DNA of 64,000 nucleotides, taken from the NCBI RefSeq assembly GCF_057098645.1, contig NZ_CM169472.1. The stretch is one strand, 5' to 3'. Each line of letters begins with the position of its first letter. Positions within the stretch are counted from its first letter, which is position 1. Under the pieces are notes generated by a model. That model was not told where the DNA came from, searched no databases, and was given only the letters and a program-made list of their open reading frames with translations. Both the position numbers and the translations under genes were made by a program. Of this stretch, positions 9,980 through 26,749 are shown piece after piece.

Positions 9980-10840
9980 CTAGTTATTAACATTAAAAAG
10001 ATGGCTTACGCTTTCGGCTAACGTTGTCGTTGGGTGGCCAATCAGTTTGCTAAGCGTTTTGCTGTCATCAAACAGACCGCCTTTCGATGCGCCAACGTCA
10101 GAATCCGCCAGCATATCCGCCAGTCCGTCGGGCAGTCCGACGCTTTTCAGTGCCGCGGCGAAATCGGCTTCGCTCAGATTTTGATAGGTAACCTGTTTGC
10201 CGCTCTGTTTGGTCAGCTCTGCCGCTAACAGTGTCAACGTCCAGGCACTATCGCCCGCCAGTTCGTAAACCTTGCCTTCGTGACCGGCTTCGCTAATCAC
10301 GCGTGCCGCAGCTGCCGCATAATCTGCCCGCGTTGCTGAGGCGATTTTGCCATCGCCCGCCGCACCGATAAATACGCCGTGTTCCAGTGCTGCCGGGGCG
10401 CTGGCGAGGTAGTTTTCGCTGTACCAGCCGTTGCGCAGCAGGGTGTAAACGATGCCAGAATCAGCCAGCATTTTCTCCGTCTCGATGTGCTCATCGGCGA
10501 GGCCGAGCGGGGAGGTATCTGCATGTAGCAGGCTGGTATAAGCGATAAATTTCACGCCAGCCGCCTTTGCGGCATTAATAACATTACGATGCTGCGGGGC
10601 ACGTTGACCCACTTCGCTGGAAGAGATCAGCAGTAATTTTTCCACTCCCTGAAGTGCAGATGTCAGTGCGGCTTCATCGCCGTAGTCAGCCTGACGCACG
10701 GTAATGCCTTGTGCTGCCAGGGCCAGGGCTTTTGCCGGATTACGAACGATAGCCACTATTTGGCTGGCAGGAACCGTTTCCATCAAGGATTCAATAACAT
10801 AGTGACCAAGTTGGCCAGTGGCACCAGTAATAGCGATCAT
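9980..10840 (-). CDS. qorB: NAD(P)H:quinone oxidoreductase QorB (YtfG)
   Basis: 286-aa ORF with N-terminal MIAITGATGQLG Rossmann motif. Confidence 0.9.
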   Translation of the reverse strand: MIAITGATGQLGHYVIESLMETVPASQIVAIVRNPAKALALAAQGITVRQADYGDEAALTSALQGVEKLLLISSSEVGQRAPQHRNVINAAKAAGVKFIAYTSLLHADTSPLGLADEHIETEKMLADSGIVYTLLRNGWYSENYLASAPAALEHGVFIGAAGDGKIASATRADYAAAAARVISEAGHEGKVYELAGDSAWTLTLLAAELTKQSGKQVTYQNLSEADFAAALKSVGLPDGLADMLADSDVGASKGGLFDDSKTLSKLIGHPTTTLAESVSHLFNVNN

Positions 10841-10928
10841 GGGAAGTCTCCATCGTTTTGTCTTGTGTTTAAATACGCTAACACCTAAACTTACTTTTAG
10901 TAAGTACGTACAAAAAGGTAAGTATGAA

Positions 10929-11309
10929 ATGAGTCAGGTTAGCCTGTCGCAACAACTGAAAGAGGGTAATCTCTTTGCGGAACAGTGCCCGTCGCGCGAG
11001 GTGTTGAAACACGTCACCAGCCGTTGGGGGGTGTTGATTCTGGTGGCGCTACGCGAAGGTACTCATCGCTTTAGCGACCTGCGGCGCAAAATGGGCGGGG
11101 TGAGCGAAAAGATGCTTGCGCAGTCGTTACAGGCGTTAGAACAGGATGGTTTTCTTAACCGTATCGCGTATCCGGTGGTGCCACCGCATGTTGAATACAG
11201 CCTCACGCCGCTGGGCGAGCAGGTGAGCGAAAAGGTTGCTGCACTGGCGGACTGGATTGAGTTGAATTTGCCCGAGGTGTTAGCGGTGCGGGATGAACGT
11301 GCGGCATAA
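10929..11309 (+). CDS. ytfH: HxlR-family transcriptional regulator YtfH
   Basis: 126 aa from MSQVSLSQQ (ATG at 10929), winged-helix HxlR-like; divergent from qorB. Confidence 0.85.
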   Translation: MSQVSLSQQLKEGNLFAEQCPSREVLKHVTSRWGVLILVALREGTHRFSDLRRKMGGVSEKMLAQSLQALEQDGFLNRIAYPVVPPHVEYSLTPLGEQVSEKVAALADWIELNLPEVLAVRDERAA

Positions 11310-11311
11310 CT

Positions 11312-11395
11312 GCCGGATACGCGGCCTACGGTGTATGACTTGTCGGGCGGATAAGATGCGCCAGCATCGCATCCGCCAATAAATGCCGGATGCGG
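11312..11395. repeat. REP (repetitive extragenic palindromic) elements
   Basis: gccggatgcgg / cggataag / gcatccgcc motifs between convergent ytfH and cpdB. Confidence 0.5.
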
Positions 11396-11426
11396 TTGAT
11401 GATTTATAGGCCGAAAAAGAAGTGTT

Positions 11427-13370
11427 TTACTTACTCAAATCCACCTGATAAATCGCAAACCCGATATCATCGGTCGCGACTTTATTCATCGGATATTGCC
11501 CTTTCTCTTTAATAAACGCTGCGGCTTTATCTGACGGGGAAGTTTCGAAACGGATATCCAGTTTCTTATCGGCAGCTATCGGTGCTACACGCCAGTTGTT
11601 ATCTGCCGCCGGGTGAATTTCCCCCGCACGTTTCGACTCATCAGCAATCCACGCTGCCAGCACCGAGCGGTTCTCATCCGGTGAAGCAAAAGCGATATGG
11701 CTGTCGCCCGTACCGGCAAATTTGCCGCCGTAAGCGCGATAGTTATTGGTGGCAACGAGGAACATAGCGTTCGGATCAATCGGCTTGCCATTAAAGGTCA
11801 GGTTCTTAATCCTTTCCGCATTGGCATTAATCATCTGGCACTCGCCGTCATAACGGGCGGGCTGGGTAACATCAATCTGATAATTCACACCATCAATAAC
11901 ATCAAAGTTATAGGTGCGGAAACCGTCCCAGTTGATGAGTGACTGTGGTTTCGTGCTGTTGGGATCAATCTGGTTAAACTGTCCGGCGGAGCACTCCAGC
12001 CACTCTTTCACCTCTTTACCGCTGGCTTTCACCACAATCAGCGTATTGGGATAGAGATAAAGATCGGCGGCATTACGGAAAGTCAGCTGACCTTTTTCCA
12101 CCTCTACATAGCTTGCCGGGTCATTTTTGCGACCACCAACTTTAAACGGTGCGGCAGCTGAAAGCACCGGCAGTTTTGCCAGATCCGGATCGCCCTGAAT
12201 GTAATGCTCGACATACGCTTTTTGCGCGTTGTTCACCACCTGCACGGTCGGATCGTCCTGCACCAGCGCCAGATAGCTATACATATTGTCGGCAGATTTA
12301 CCGATTGGCTTGCTGACGAACTGGCGTGTGGCATCGTGATCGGCTTTGAGTGTTTCTACCAGCTTGCTGTCTTCCGCCGCGAGGGATTTTTTATTAGCGA
12401 TGTCGTAAATCGGTCGTGCTTCCGCTTTCGCTTGCGTCACCTGCCATTTACCGCTGTCATTACTGAGTTGTAAGTCGACCACACCAAGATGATCGCCCCA
12501 CATGCCTGGCATTACCGCCGGAACACCATTCAGCGTGCCTTTGGCGATATCAGCCCCTTCGATATCAGCAAAATCTTTACCTGGGAAAACGGCGTGAGCA
12601 TGGCCAAACATAATGGCGTTAACGCCCGGAATTTCACTGAGGTAATAAACTGAGTTTTCCGCCATCACTTTATACGGATCGGCAGACAGCCCGGAATGTG
12701 CCAGAACGACAACAACATCGGCACCTTTCTCGCGCATTTCAGGCACGTATTTGCGCACGGTTTCGGTAATATCATTCACCGTCACTTTTCCGGATAAATT
12801 AGCTTTATCCCAGCCCATGATTTGTGGTGGCACGACGCCAATATAGCCAATCTTCAGCGTCTGTTTTTTTCCGTCTTTATCGACCACTTCGGTGTCTTTA
12901 ATTAAATACGGTGTAAACATTGGCTGTTTGGTTCTGGCGTCAATGACGTTGGCATTTACATAAGGGAATTTCGCTCCTGCCAGCGCATTTTTCAGGTAAT
13001 CCAGACCGTAGTTAAACTCGTGGTTGCCAAGCGTTCCGACGGTATAGTCCAGCGTATTTAATGCCTTATAGACCGGGTGAATATCGCCTGCTTTTAATCC
13101 TTTCGCCGACATGTAATCTGCCAGCGGACTCCCCTGAATCAAGTCGCCGTTATCAACCAGTACGCTGTTTTTCACTTCATTGCGGGCATCGTTAATCAGG
13201 CTTGCCGTACGTACCAGTCCGAATTTTTCCGTGGCGGTGTCTTTGTAATAATCGAAATCCATCATGTTGCTATGCAGATCAGTGGTTTCCATGATACGCA
13301 GATCGACCGTCGCTGCATTCACACTGGCGGCAATCAGCGTGGCCAGGAGCGTTGCGCTAAACTTAATCAT
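11427..13370 (-). CDS. cpdB: 2',3'-cyclic-nucleotide 2'-phosphodiesterase/3'-nucleotidase CpdB
   Basis: 647 aa from [10 protein letters not shown] with signal peptide; metallophosphatase motifs (GNHEF). Confidence 0.95.
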   Translation of the reverse strand: MIKFSATLLATLIAASVNAATVDLRIMETTDLHSNMMDFDYYKDTATEKFGLVRTASLINDARNEVKNSVLVDNGDLIQGSPLADYMSAKGLKAGDIHPVYKALNTLDYTVGTLGNHEFNYGLDYLKNALAGAKFPYVNANVIDARTKQPMFTPYLIKDTEVVDKDGKKQTLKIGYIGVVPPQIMGWDKANLSGKVTVNDITETVRKYVPEMREKGADVVVVLAHSGLSADPYKVMAENSVYYLSEIPGVNAIMFGHAHAVFPGKDFADIEGADIAKGTLNGVPAVMPGMWGDHLGVVDLQLSNDSGKWQVTQAKAEARPIYDIANKKSLAAEDSKLVETLKADHDATRQFVSKPIGKSADNMYSYLALVQDDPTVQVVNNAQKAYVEHYIQGDPDLAKLPVLSAAAPFKVGGRKNDPASYVEVEKGQLTFRNAADLYLYPNTLIVVKASGKEVKEWLECSAGQFNQIDPNSTKPQSLINWDGFRTYNFDVIDGVNYQIDVTQPARYDGECQMINANAERIKNLTFNGKPIDPNAMFLVATNNYRAYGGKFAGTGDSHIAFASPDENRSVLAAWIADESKRAGEIHPAADNNWRVAPIAADKKLDIRFETSPSDKAAAFIKEKGQYPMNKVATDDIGFAIYQVDLSK

Positions 13371-13559
13371 CAGGGACATCCTTTTATCATCGGGAATACG
13401 AAAGAAAAGGGAGAATAAACGTCTTACTTATAGAACAGTGAAGAATGCCACAATTTTACGCTTTGAAAATGATGACACTATCACAGTTGGCGCATTCATT
13501 AACGATAGGGTATAAGTAAAACAATAAGTTAACACCGCTCACAGAGACGAGGTGGAGAA

Positions 13560-14300
13560 ATGTTAGATCAAGTATGCCAGCTTGCACGGAATGCAGGCGA
13601 TGCCATTATGCAGGTCTACGACGGGGCGAAACCGATGGACGTCGTCAGCAAAGCGGACAATTCTCCGGTAACGGCAGCGGATATTGCCGCACACACCGTT
13701 ATCATGGACGGTTTACGTACGCTGACACCGGATATTCCGGTCCTTTCTGAAGAAGATCCTCCCGGTTGGGAAGTCCGTCAGCACTGGCAGCGTTACTGGC
13801 TGGTAGACCCACTGGATGGTACGAAAGAGTTTATTAAACGTAATGGCGAATTCACCGTTAACATTGCGCTCATTGACCATGGCAAACCGATTTTAGGCGT
13901 GGTGTATGCGCCAGTAATGAACGTAATGTACAGCGCGGCAGAAGGCAAAGCGTGGAAAGAAGAGTGCGGTGTGCGCAAGCAGATTCAGGTCCGCGATGCG
14001 CGCCCGCCGCTGGTGGTTATCAGCCGTTCCCATGCAGATGCGGAGCTGAAAGAGTATCTGCAACAGCTTGGCGAACATCAGACCACGTCCATCGGCTCTT
14101 CGCTGAAATTCTGCCTGGTGGCGGAAGGACAGGCGCAGCTGTACCCGCGCTTCGGACCAACGAATATTTGGGACACCGCCGCTGGACATGCTGTGGCTGC
14201 AGCTGCCGGAGCGCATGTTCACGACTGGCAGGGTAAACCGCTGGATTACACTCCGCGCGAGTCGTTCCTGAATCCGGGGTTCAGAGTGTCTATTTACTAA
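13560..14300 (+). CDS. cysQ: 3'(2'),5'-bisphosphate nucleotidase CysQ
   Basis: 246-aa inositol-monophosphatase-family ORF (WLVDPLDGT motif). Confidence 0.95.
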   Translation: MLDQVCQLARNAGDAIMQVYDGAKPMDVVSKADNSPVTAADIAAHTVIMDGLRTLTPDIPVLSEEDPPGWEVRQHWQRYWLVDPLDGTKEFIKRNGEFTVNIALIDHGKPILGVVYAPVMNVMYSAAEGKAWKEECGVRKQIQVRDARPPLVVISRSHADAELKEYLQQLGEHQTTSIGSSLKFCLVAEGQAQLYPRFGPTNIWDTAAGHAVAAAAGAHVHDWQGKPLDYTPRESFLNPGFRVSIY

Positions 14301-14511
14301 ATTCAGATGGCAGAAACAGTGTATTTCCTGATTCTGCCATCCTGATTTCTCCCAACCTAAAAAGTTATAAATAAAAAGAGATTGTATTTAAAGTGCAAAA
14401 ATTCAATTGCTAATAAGTTACATTTTAATAATGAGCGTTTTTTGATAGTTTACTTTTATAATGAGATATTTAATGGCGACATAAAGTAACCAAATAAAAT
14501 AAGGTTGTCAT

Positions 14512-15450
14512 ATGTTACCCAAGATCAGACACAATAATTTTATTGGTGCGGTGGAGTTATTTGTAAAGTCTTCGTATACAAAAACACATTCAAACAATTT
14601 TTTTAACAATATCCAGCATGCATTTAATAAAAAAGATTGGATTTCGAATTATGATAGCCTGTTAACTTTGCGGGAGTTCTTTCGTTGCGCAACTCAGATT
14701 GATAAAGATAGTTATCAAGTGCTTTCATCAAAAAATGAAACTGTTAAAGCCATGGATAAGTTTCTTATCAGTTTCAGCCTTAAAGATAACGGTGCCGAAT
14801 ATACAATGACATTGCGAGGTAGTGGATTTGAATACGAAGAAATACCCATAACAATAAATGAATATAACTCATTCATGGATTTCAAAAACCGCGAGTTTCC
14901 GTTAGAACAAAACAGAAGATTGTATGCCTGGGATATTTTGCAGAAAAAACAGTCTGACATACCGAAAAGGATTAAAGGTTATATTCACCAGGCGATTGGT
15001 GACGTGTCTTTAGGTTATGCCTTATTGGAGGATATAGTAAGCAAATTAAAACGGGGTAAATTTGAACTCCAAATACCAGGAGGTGGAATTAAAGAATGCG
15101 ATGGATGGTATATTTACGAAAAAATAATTGATGATAATTTTGCCATAGTCATAGAATCTTTGGGCTTTGCGCTTAAAATCTATGGAGGGGATGAACGTTT
15201 TCGTAATGGTTCCTCTGTTGTTTTGGAGGATGAAGATTACTCTCTTATTTATAATTTTCTGGTTAATGCAGGTTGCCAACAAGTCGAATTAGCCGAACAA
15301 GTGGATGCGATAGTAAGTGCGAATCTGGCCGCAGATAGTGATATTACCAAAGAAAAGATTTGCGAGAAATATAAATCGACCATTGAGGCGTTTAAAAAAG
15401 AGCAACTAGCGTTACCAGTATTAGTTCGGCGTAAGAACTCAGAGACTTAA
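14512..15450 (+). CDS. ytfI: uncharacterized protein YtfI
   Basis: 312-aa ORF in a visibly AT-rich segment; no recognisable domain. Confidence 0.78.
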   Translation: MLPKIRHNNFIGAVELFVKSSYTKTHSNNFFNNIQHAFNKKDWISNYDSLLTLREFFRCATQIDKDSYQVLSSKNETVKAMDKFLISFSLKDNGAEYTMTLRGSGFEYEEIPITINEYNSFMDFKNREFPLEQNRRLYAWDILQKKQSDIPKRIKGYIHQAIGDVSLGYALLEDIVSKLKRGKFELQIPGGGIKECDGWYIYEKIIDDNFAIVIESLGFALKIYGGDERFRNGSSVVLEDEDYSLIYNFLVNAGCQQVELAEQVDAIVSANLAADSDITKEKICEKYKSTIEAFKKEQLALPVLVRRKNSET

Positions 15451-15512
15451 TTCCCCTATCCCATAGATAACGATAGGGGAAAATTATTTTTGCAGAATTT
15501 ATGTTATTGCCA

Positions 15513-16067
15513 TTATTTGAGCAACTTTTGCAGCAGGTCCATCACTTGCTGCACCTCTTCCTGAGTGAGCGCCCCGTCTTTGGCCCATTGCACGCGACCA
15601 TCCTTATCCAGCACCACTACAGCGGAACTCTCTTCATCCAGCTGCCAGGCACCGCGCGCGACGCCATTGCTATCGACAATAAACTGCGACCAGGGATAAA
15701 GCTTTTTATTACTCTCCAGACTGCTGCGCACAAACATGCCGGAACCCGGAATCGCGTCGTCGGTGTTAACAATGGTGGTGGTCTGGTAACGATCGTGCGG
15801 TAACTTCGCTGATTTAATCGCTTCAATCAGCGTCGCGTTTTTCTCTTTTGCAGAGGTGCGACCAGCAATATGTTGCAGTACTCGCACTTTTCCCACTAAC
15901 TGTGCGCTGTTCCAGGTTTTGTAGCTAAACTGATCTTTATCAAGCACCAACTCGCCCCGATCGGTAATGCCAATCGGCGGCACTCGCTGACCGGTTTCGA
16001 ACTGATGTGCGGAAGCCATCATCGGCAACAGCAGGCAGGTGAGTGCCAGAATCTTGCGTAGGGTCAT
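15513..16067 (-). CDS. ytfJ: periplasmic protein YtfJ
   Basis: 184-aa ORF with signal peptide MTLRKILALTCLLLPMMASA. Confidence 0.88.
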   Translation of the reverse strand: MTLRKILALTCLLLPMMASAHQFETGQRVPPIGITDRGELVLDKDQFSYKTWNSAQLVGKVRVLQHIAGRTSAKEKNATLIEAIKSAKLPHDRYQTTTIVNTDDAIPGSGMFVRSSLESNKKLYPWSQFIVDSNGVARGAWQLDEESSAVVVLDKDGRVQWAKDGALTQEEVQQVMDLLQKLLK

Positions 16068-16391
16068 GGTGTTTCCTTCTTATGATATGCAGGTGATCCG
16101 ACCACTTGGGTCTGAGTTTTAATCATATGTGCTATTTATCGAATTTCCCGCAAGTGTGATGCCAGTTTGCGGTCAAGCGCACAAATCATATGAAAAATGA
16201 ATGCTTATACTGAAGACCGCGCTTCGGTAAAAAGATAATTCTGAATAATTGTAACCTTTAGGTAAAAAAAGTTATACGCGGTGGAAACATTGCCCGGATA
16301 GTCTATAGTCACTAAGCATTAAAATTTGCGCCTCATAATAGTTGGGCCGATTGTGGCACCGCACAGGCGTAATACTCAGCAGGAGATAACA

Positions 16392-16598
16392 ATGAAAATT
16401 TTCCAACGGTACAACCCACTTCAGGTGGCGAAGTACGTAAAGATCCTGTTCCGTGGACGGTTATACATCAAGGACGTTGGCGCTTTTGAATTTGATAAGG
16501 GTAAGATTCTTATCCCAAAAGTGAAGGATAAGCTGCATTTGTCAGTGATGTCCGAAGTTAACCGTCAGGTTATGCGTCTGCAAACAGAGATGGCTTAA
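16392..16598 (+). CDS. ytfK: small protein YtfK (DUF1107)
   Basis: 68 aa from [11 protein letters not shown]; ATG at 16392 preceded by aggag RBS. Confidence 0.8.
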
Positions 16599-16621
16599 CC
16601 AAAGTGCTATGCAGTAATAAG

Positions 16622-16656
16622 ACGGCTCCTGATTCAGGAGCCGTTGATGTTTCTGG
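16622..16656. terminator. bidirectional terminator between convergent ytfK and ytfL
   Basis: Hairpin cggctcc-tgattc-aggagccg followed by T-rich tract. Confidence 0.5.
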
Positions 16657-16659
16657 GGG

Positions 16660-18003
16660 TTACGCGACGCTTTCTTCTTTATCTTTAGAGTCAGGCAGTT
16701 TTGGCGAAAGGGCTGTGGCCTTGCTGTCGATCCGGGTCACCAGCAGCTGGTCGATGCGGTAGTTATCGATATCCACCACTTCAAATTTGTAGCCGGCGAA
16801 TTTCACCGAATCGGTGCGTTTCGGGATCTTACGCAGCATAAACATCATAAAGCCGCCGATGGTTTCGTAGTTGCCCGACTGCGGGAACTCGTCAATATCC
16901 AGCACGCGCATGACGTCGTCAATCGGGGTACCGCCGTCAATCAGCCATGAGTTCTCATCACGGGCGACAATCTGCTCTTCCAGCCCCTGACCGACCAGAT
17001 CGCCCATCAGCGTGGTCATCACGTCGTTGAGGGTGATGATCCCCACCACCAGCGCGTACTCGTTCATGATCACCGCGAAGTCTTCACCTGCGGTTTTAAA
17101 ACTTTCCAACGCCTCTGAAAGGGTTAACGTATCCGGCACAATCAGCGTGTTGCGAATTTGTACGCCGCTGTTCAGTGCCAGGCTTTGGTTAGCCAGCACG
17201 CGGTTCAGCAGGTCTTTAGAATCGACATAGCCGATGATGTGGTCAATATCTTCATTACAGACGAGGAACTTAGAGTGCGGATGTTCCGCCACCTTATTCT
17301 TCAGACTTTGCTCATCTTCGTGGAGATCAAACCAAATCACGTTTTCACGCGGTGTCATTGACGACGGAACGGTACGGGATTCCAGCTCAAAGACGTTTTC
17401 AATCAGCTCGTGTTCCTGTTTACGTAACACGCCCGCCAGCGCACCGGCTTCCACTACCGCGTAGATGTCATCAGAAGTGATGTCATCTTTACGTACCATT
17501 GGCAGTTTGAAAATACGGAAGATTATGTTCGCCAGGCCGTTGAAGAACCACACCAGCGGGGTGCAAACGTACAGGCAGAAGCGCATCGGGTTGATGATAC
17601 GCAAAGCCACAGCTTCTGGCGCAATCATACCGATGCGTTTCGGGGTTAAATCCGCAAACAGGATAAACATGCCAGTCACTAACGAGAAAGAGAGAATAAA
17701 GCTCAGTTGCTCAGAGAGCTCTGCCGACATATAGCGGGAGAACAGGCTGTGAAAAGCTGGAGAAAATGCCGCATCACCGACGATACCGCCGAGAATCGCC
17801 ACTGCGTTCAGACCGATTTGGACCACGGTAAAGAACATGCCGGGATTTTCCTGCATATTCAGAACGCGTTGGGCATTTATATTGCCTTCATCAGCCAGCA
17901 GTTTAAGTTTGATTTTGCGTGAGGCGGCAAGCGAGATCTCGGACATCGAGAAGAACGCACTTACAGCGATCAAGCAGAGTATGACTAAAATACTGTTTAA
18001 CAT
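16660..18003 (-). CDS. ytfL: UPF0053 inner membrane protein YtfL (CNNM/CBS-pair/CorC-HlyC family)
   Basis: 447-aa ORF: N-terminal TM domain, CBS pair, C-terminal CorC-HlyC. Confidence 0.92.
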   Translation of the reverse strand: MLNSILVILCLIAVSAFFSMSEISLAASRKIKLKLLADEGNINAQRVLNMQENPGMFFTVVQIGLNAVAILGGIVGDAAFSPAFHSLFSRYMSAELSEQLSFILSFSLVTGMFILFADLTPKRIGMIAPEAVALRIINPMRFCLYVCTPLVWFFNGLANIIFRIFKLPMVRKDDITSDDIYAVVEAGALAGVLRKQEHELIENVFELESRTVPSSMTPRENVIWFDLHEDEQSLKNKVAEHPHSKFLVCNEDIDHIIGYVDSKDLLNRVLANQSLALNSGVQIRNTLIVPDTLTLSEALESFKTAGEDFAVIMNEYALVVGIITLNDVMTTLMGDLVGQGLEEQIVARDENSWLIDGGTPIDDVMRVLDIDEFPQSGNYETIGGFMMFMLRKIPKRTDSVKFAGYKFEVVDIDNYRIDQLLVTRIDSKATALSPKLPDSKDKEESVA

Positions 18004-18180
18004 ATCTTATCCGACCTTTCAGGCCAGATCCTCGGAAGGGGAAGTTGATTAATTTGTGTGAAATACACATTGAAAGCCGATTCGAAGAAAGTGAACCGGC
18101 ATTTTCAGTGGCTAGTATAGCGTAAGGTACTGTAAAGCCGCCAGAGGGTTAAAATTCAGGCTGCTGATAAATGCAAAACT

Positions 18181-18285
18181 GCCCGATGCGCTATGCCGAT
18201 CAGGCCTACGCAGTCCTTGCAATATATTGAATTTGGAAGATTTTGTAGGCCTGGCAAGGCGTTTACGCCGCATCCGGCATAAACA
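18181..18285. repeat. REP/BIME elements
   Basis: gcctgatgcgacgc-like and gccgcatccggca motifs between ytfL and msrA. Confidence 0.55.
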
Positions 18286-18325
18286 AAACGCACTTTATCA
18301 ACAATCTACATTTGTACCCGTAACG

Positions 18326-18964
18326 CTATGCTTCCGGCGGCAGACAGACGCCAATTCCGCCAATTCCACAGTAACCATACGGGTTTTTATGCAGATATTG
18401 CTGGTGGTCATCTTCGGCATAATAAAACGGTGTGGCGTTAGCGATTTCCGTGGTGATGCGACGATCGTCATCGGCGGCAAGCATCGCCGCCTGAAAACGT
18501 TCCAGACTGGCGCGAGCTGCGGCATCCTGTTCTGGGGTCAGCGGATAAATCGCTGAACGATACTGCGTGCCGTGGTCATTGCCCTGACGCATTCCCTGGG
18601 CGGGATCGTGATTCTCCCAAAATACCTGTAGCAACTGCTCATAGCTGATGACGGAAGGATCGTAAACAATGCGTACCGCTTCGGCATGACCCGTATCACC
18701 GGAGCACACTTCCCGATAAGTCGGATTTGGCGTATAGCCGCCGGTATAGCCTGCGGCGGTGCTGTAAACGCCGGGTAACTGCCAGAACAGACGCTCCACA
18801 CCCCAGAAACAACCCATCGCAAAAATGGCAATCTCCATTCCGTCAGGTACATTGGTCATTGAGTGACCGTTAACCGCATGCAGCGTGGCAACGGGCATCG
18901 GGGTGTTACGTCCAGGCAGGGCATCGGCGGGGGAAACCAGATGCTTTTTATCAAATAAACTCAT
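18326..18964 (-). CDS. msrA: peptide methionine sulfoxide reductase MsrA
   Basis: 212 aa from [10 protein letters not shown]; GCFWG active-site motif. Confidence 0.95.
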   Translation of the reverse strand: MSLFDKKHLVSPADALPGRNTPMPVATLHAVNGHSMTNVPDGMEIAIFAMGCFWGVERLFWQLPGVYSTAAGYTGGYTPNPTYREVCSGDTGHAEAVRIVYDPSVISYEQLLQVFWENHDPAQGMRQGNDHGTQYRSAIYPLTPEQDAAARASLERFQAAMLAADDDRRITTEIANATPFYYAEDDHQQYLHKNPYGYCGIGGIGVCLPPEA

Positions 18965-19127
18965 GGTGTCGCTCTCCCGAAAATCGGTCATTGGGGTTAA
19001 GGTTGTAACAAGAGGCGTATTTGCACACAATAACCACCGTGAATAGGTCTAAAGTAAAACATAAGAAATATTTGGGGTTTAGTCTGCTTTTTAATCCATA
19101 TTACTGGATTTTTGTTAAGCCGTTTAA

Positions 19128-24679
<5,552 letters not shown>

Positions 24680-24681
24680 CA

Positions 24682-25023
24682 ATGCGAATATTTGTCTACG
24701 GCAGTTTACGCCACAAACAAGGCAACAGTCACTGGATGACCAATGCCCAGTTACTGGGCGATTTCAGTATCGATAACTACCAGTTGTATAGCCTGGGCCA
24801 CTATCCAGGCGCAGTTCCGGGGAACGGAACAGTACACGGTGAAGTTTATCGTATTGACAACGCCACGCTGGCCGAACTTGATGCCTTGCGCACCAGGGGC
24901 GGTGAATACGCGCGCCAGTTGATTCAGACGCCGTACGGGAGTGCATGGATGTACGTTTATCAACGACCCGTCGATGGATTAAAGCTAATTGAAAGCGGCG
25001 ACTGGTTAGACAGGGATAAGTAA
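24682..25023 (+). CDS. ytfP: gamma-glutamylcyclotransferase-family protein YtfP
   Basis: 113-aa ORF MRIFVYGSLR (AIG2-like fold motif). Confidence 0.88.
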   Translation: MRIFVYGSLRHKQGNSHWMTNAQLLGDFSIDNYQLYSLGHYPGAVPGNGTVHGEVYRIDNATLAELDALRTRGGEYARQLIQTPYGSAWMYVYQRPVDGLKLIESGDWLDRDK

Positions 25024-25033
25024 TAATAAAAGC

Positions 25034-25062
25034 ACGCCACCTTCGGGTGGCGTTGTTTTTTG
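25034..25062 (+). terminator. intrinsic terminator after ytfP (end of tamAB-ytfP operon)
   Basis: cgccacc-ttcg-ggtggcg hairpin followed by ttgtttttt. Confidence 0.7.
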
Positions 25063-25203
25063 CGAGACGACTCGCATTCTGTTTTGTAATTCCCTCACCT
25101 TTTGCTTTTCTCTCCGAGCCGCTTTCCATATCTATTAACGCATAAAAAACTCTGCTGGCATTCACAAATGCGCAGGGGTAAAACGTTTCCTGTAGCACCG
25201 TGA

Positions 25204-25220
25204 GTTATACTTTGTATAAC
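25204..25220. promoter_or_regulatory. inverted repeat operator in chpS promoter
   Basis: gttatac-ttt-gtataac palindrome just upstream of the chpS RBS (ggagg). Confidence 0.4.
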
Positions 25221-25234
25221 TTAAGGAGGTGCAG

Positions 25235-25486
25235 ATGCGTATTACCATAAAAAGATGGGGGAACAGTGCAGGTATGGTCATTCCCAATATCGTAATGAAA
25301 GAACTTAACTTACAGCCGGGGCAGAGCGTGGAAGCGCAGGTGAGCAACAACCAACTGATTCTGACACCCATCTCCAGGCGCTACTCGCTTGATGAACTGC
25401 TGGCACAGTGTGACATGAACGCCGCGGAACTTAGCGAGCAGGATGTCTGGGGTAAATCCACCCCTGCGGGTGACGAAATATGGTAA
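25235..25486 (+). CDS. chpS: antitoxin ChpS (MazE-like, AbrB/SpoVT fold)
   Basis: 83 aa from MRITIKRWGNSAGMVIP; stop overlaps chpB start. Confidence 0.9.
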   Translation: MRITIKRWGNSAGMVIPNIVMKELNLQPGQSVEAQVSNNQLILTPISRRYSLDELLAQCDMNAAELSEQDVWGKSTPAGDEIW

Positions 25487-25830
25487 AGAAAAGTGAATTT
25501 GAACGGGGAGACATTGTGCTGGTTGGCTTTGATCCAGCAAGCGGCCATGAACAGCAAGGTGCTGGTCGACCTGCGCTTGTGCTCTCCGTTCAAGCCTTTA
25601 ATCAACTGGGAATGACGCTGGTGGCCCCCATTACGCAGGGCGGAAATTTTGCCCGTTATGCCGGATTTAGCGTTCCTTTACATTGCGAAGAAGGCGATGT
25701 GCACGGCGTGGTGCTGGTTAATCAGGTGCGGATGATGGATCTACGCGCCCGGCTGGCAAAGCGTATTGGTCTGGCTGCGGATGAGGTGGTGGAAGAGGCG
25801 TTATTACGCTTGCAGGCGGTGGTGGAATAA
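25480..25830 (+). CDS. chpB: toxin ChpB (MazF-family mRNA interferase)
   Basis: 116-aa PemK/MazF-like ORF MVKKSEFERGDIVLVGFDP. Confidence 0.92.
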   Translation: MVKKSEFERGDIVLVGFDPASGHEQQGAGRPALVLSVQAFNQLGMTLVAPITQGGNFARYAGFSVPLHCEEGDVHGVVLVNQVRMMDLRARLAKRIGLAADEVVEEALLRLQAVVE

Positions 25831-25909
25831 GGTGTGTTTATTTATCGCGGGCATAAAAAAACCCTTACTAACCGAAGCCCGGCGTTCAGGGTTATTGCGC
25901 TATAAGAAC

Positions 25910-26440
25910 TTATTTATTCTTGGCGCGCTCGAAGGAGGCAACGATTTCAGCTTTAGCGGCTTCTGCGTTTTCCCAACCTTCAACTTTCACCCACTTGCCT
26001 TTTTCGAGGTCTTTGTAGTGCTCGAAGAAGTGAGCGATCTGCGCTTTCAGCAGCTCTGGTAGATCGTTAACGTCTTTAATGTGATCGTATTCTTTGCTCA
26101 GCTTGCTGTGCGGAACCGCAACCAGTTTCGCATCTTCACCGGCTTCGTCGGTCATTTTCAGAACGCCAACCGGACGGCAACGGATCACAGAACCCGGCTG
26201 CAGCGGGTACGGAGTCGGGACCAGTACGTCAACTGGGTCACCGTCCAGAGACAGGGTGTGGTTGATGTAACCGTAGTTGCACGGATAGAACATCGCGGTG
26301 GACATGAAGCGGTCAACGAACAGTGCGCCGCTCTCTTTGTCGATTTCGTATTTGATCGGATCTGCGTTAGCCGGGATCTCAATAACAACGTAGATGTCTT
26401 CCGGCAGATCTTTACCCGCAGGGACGTTGAGTAAGCTCAT
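25910..26440 (-). CDS. ppa: inorganic pyrophosphatase
   Basis: 176-aa [26 protein letters not shown]. Confidence 0.96.
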   Translation of the reverse strand: MSLLNVPAGKDLPEDIYVVIEIPANADPIKYEIDKESGALFVDRFMSTAMFYPCNYGYINHTLSLDGDPVDVLVPTPYPLQPGSVIRCRPVGVLKMTDEAGEDAKLVAVPHSKLSKEYDHIKDVNDLPELLKAQIAHFFEHYKDLEKGKWVKVEGWENAEAAKAEIVASFERAKNK

Positions 26441-26749
26441 GTCTGTTTCCTTTAAAAATATGTGGCAAACAAGTGCCGAGTATTATAGCCAACTCGCGCC
26501 GAATGTCTTCGCTTGTTTTCGTCTTCATTTTCCTTTTTCACCAGTTTTAAGACGGTATACAGAGCAGGAAAATCCATAACTGTAGCCGCATTTTTCATAG
26601 TGAGATGAAAGCGATTACAAACTTGTGATTAACGTTTTATTTACTTTTTTGAAGTGTGATGTAACGCAATCCGTTACATAACGAATTGTCTATAGTTTTT
26701 TCGCGAACATCTTTTCACCAATAATAATTACCCCGACGAGGACAACCCT

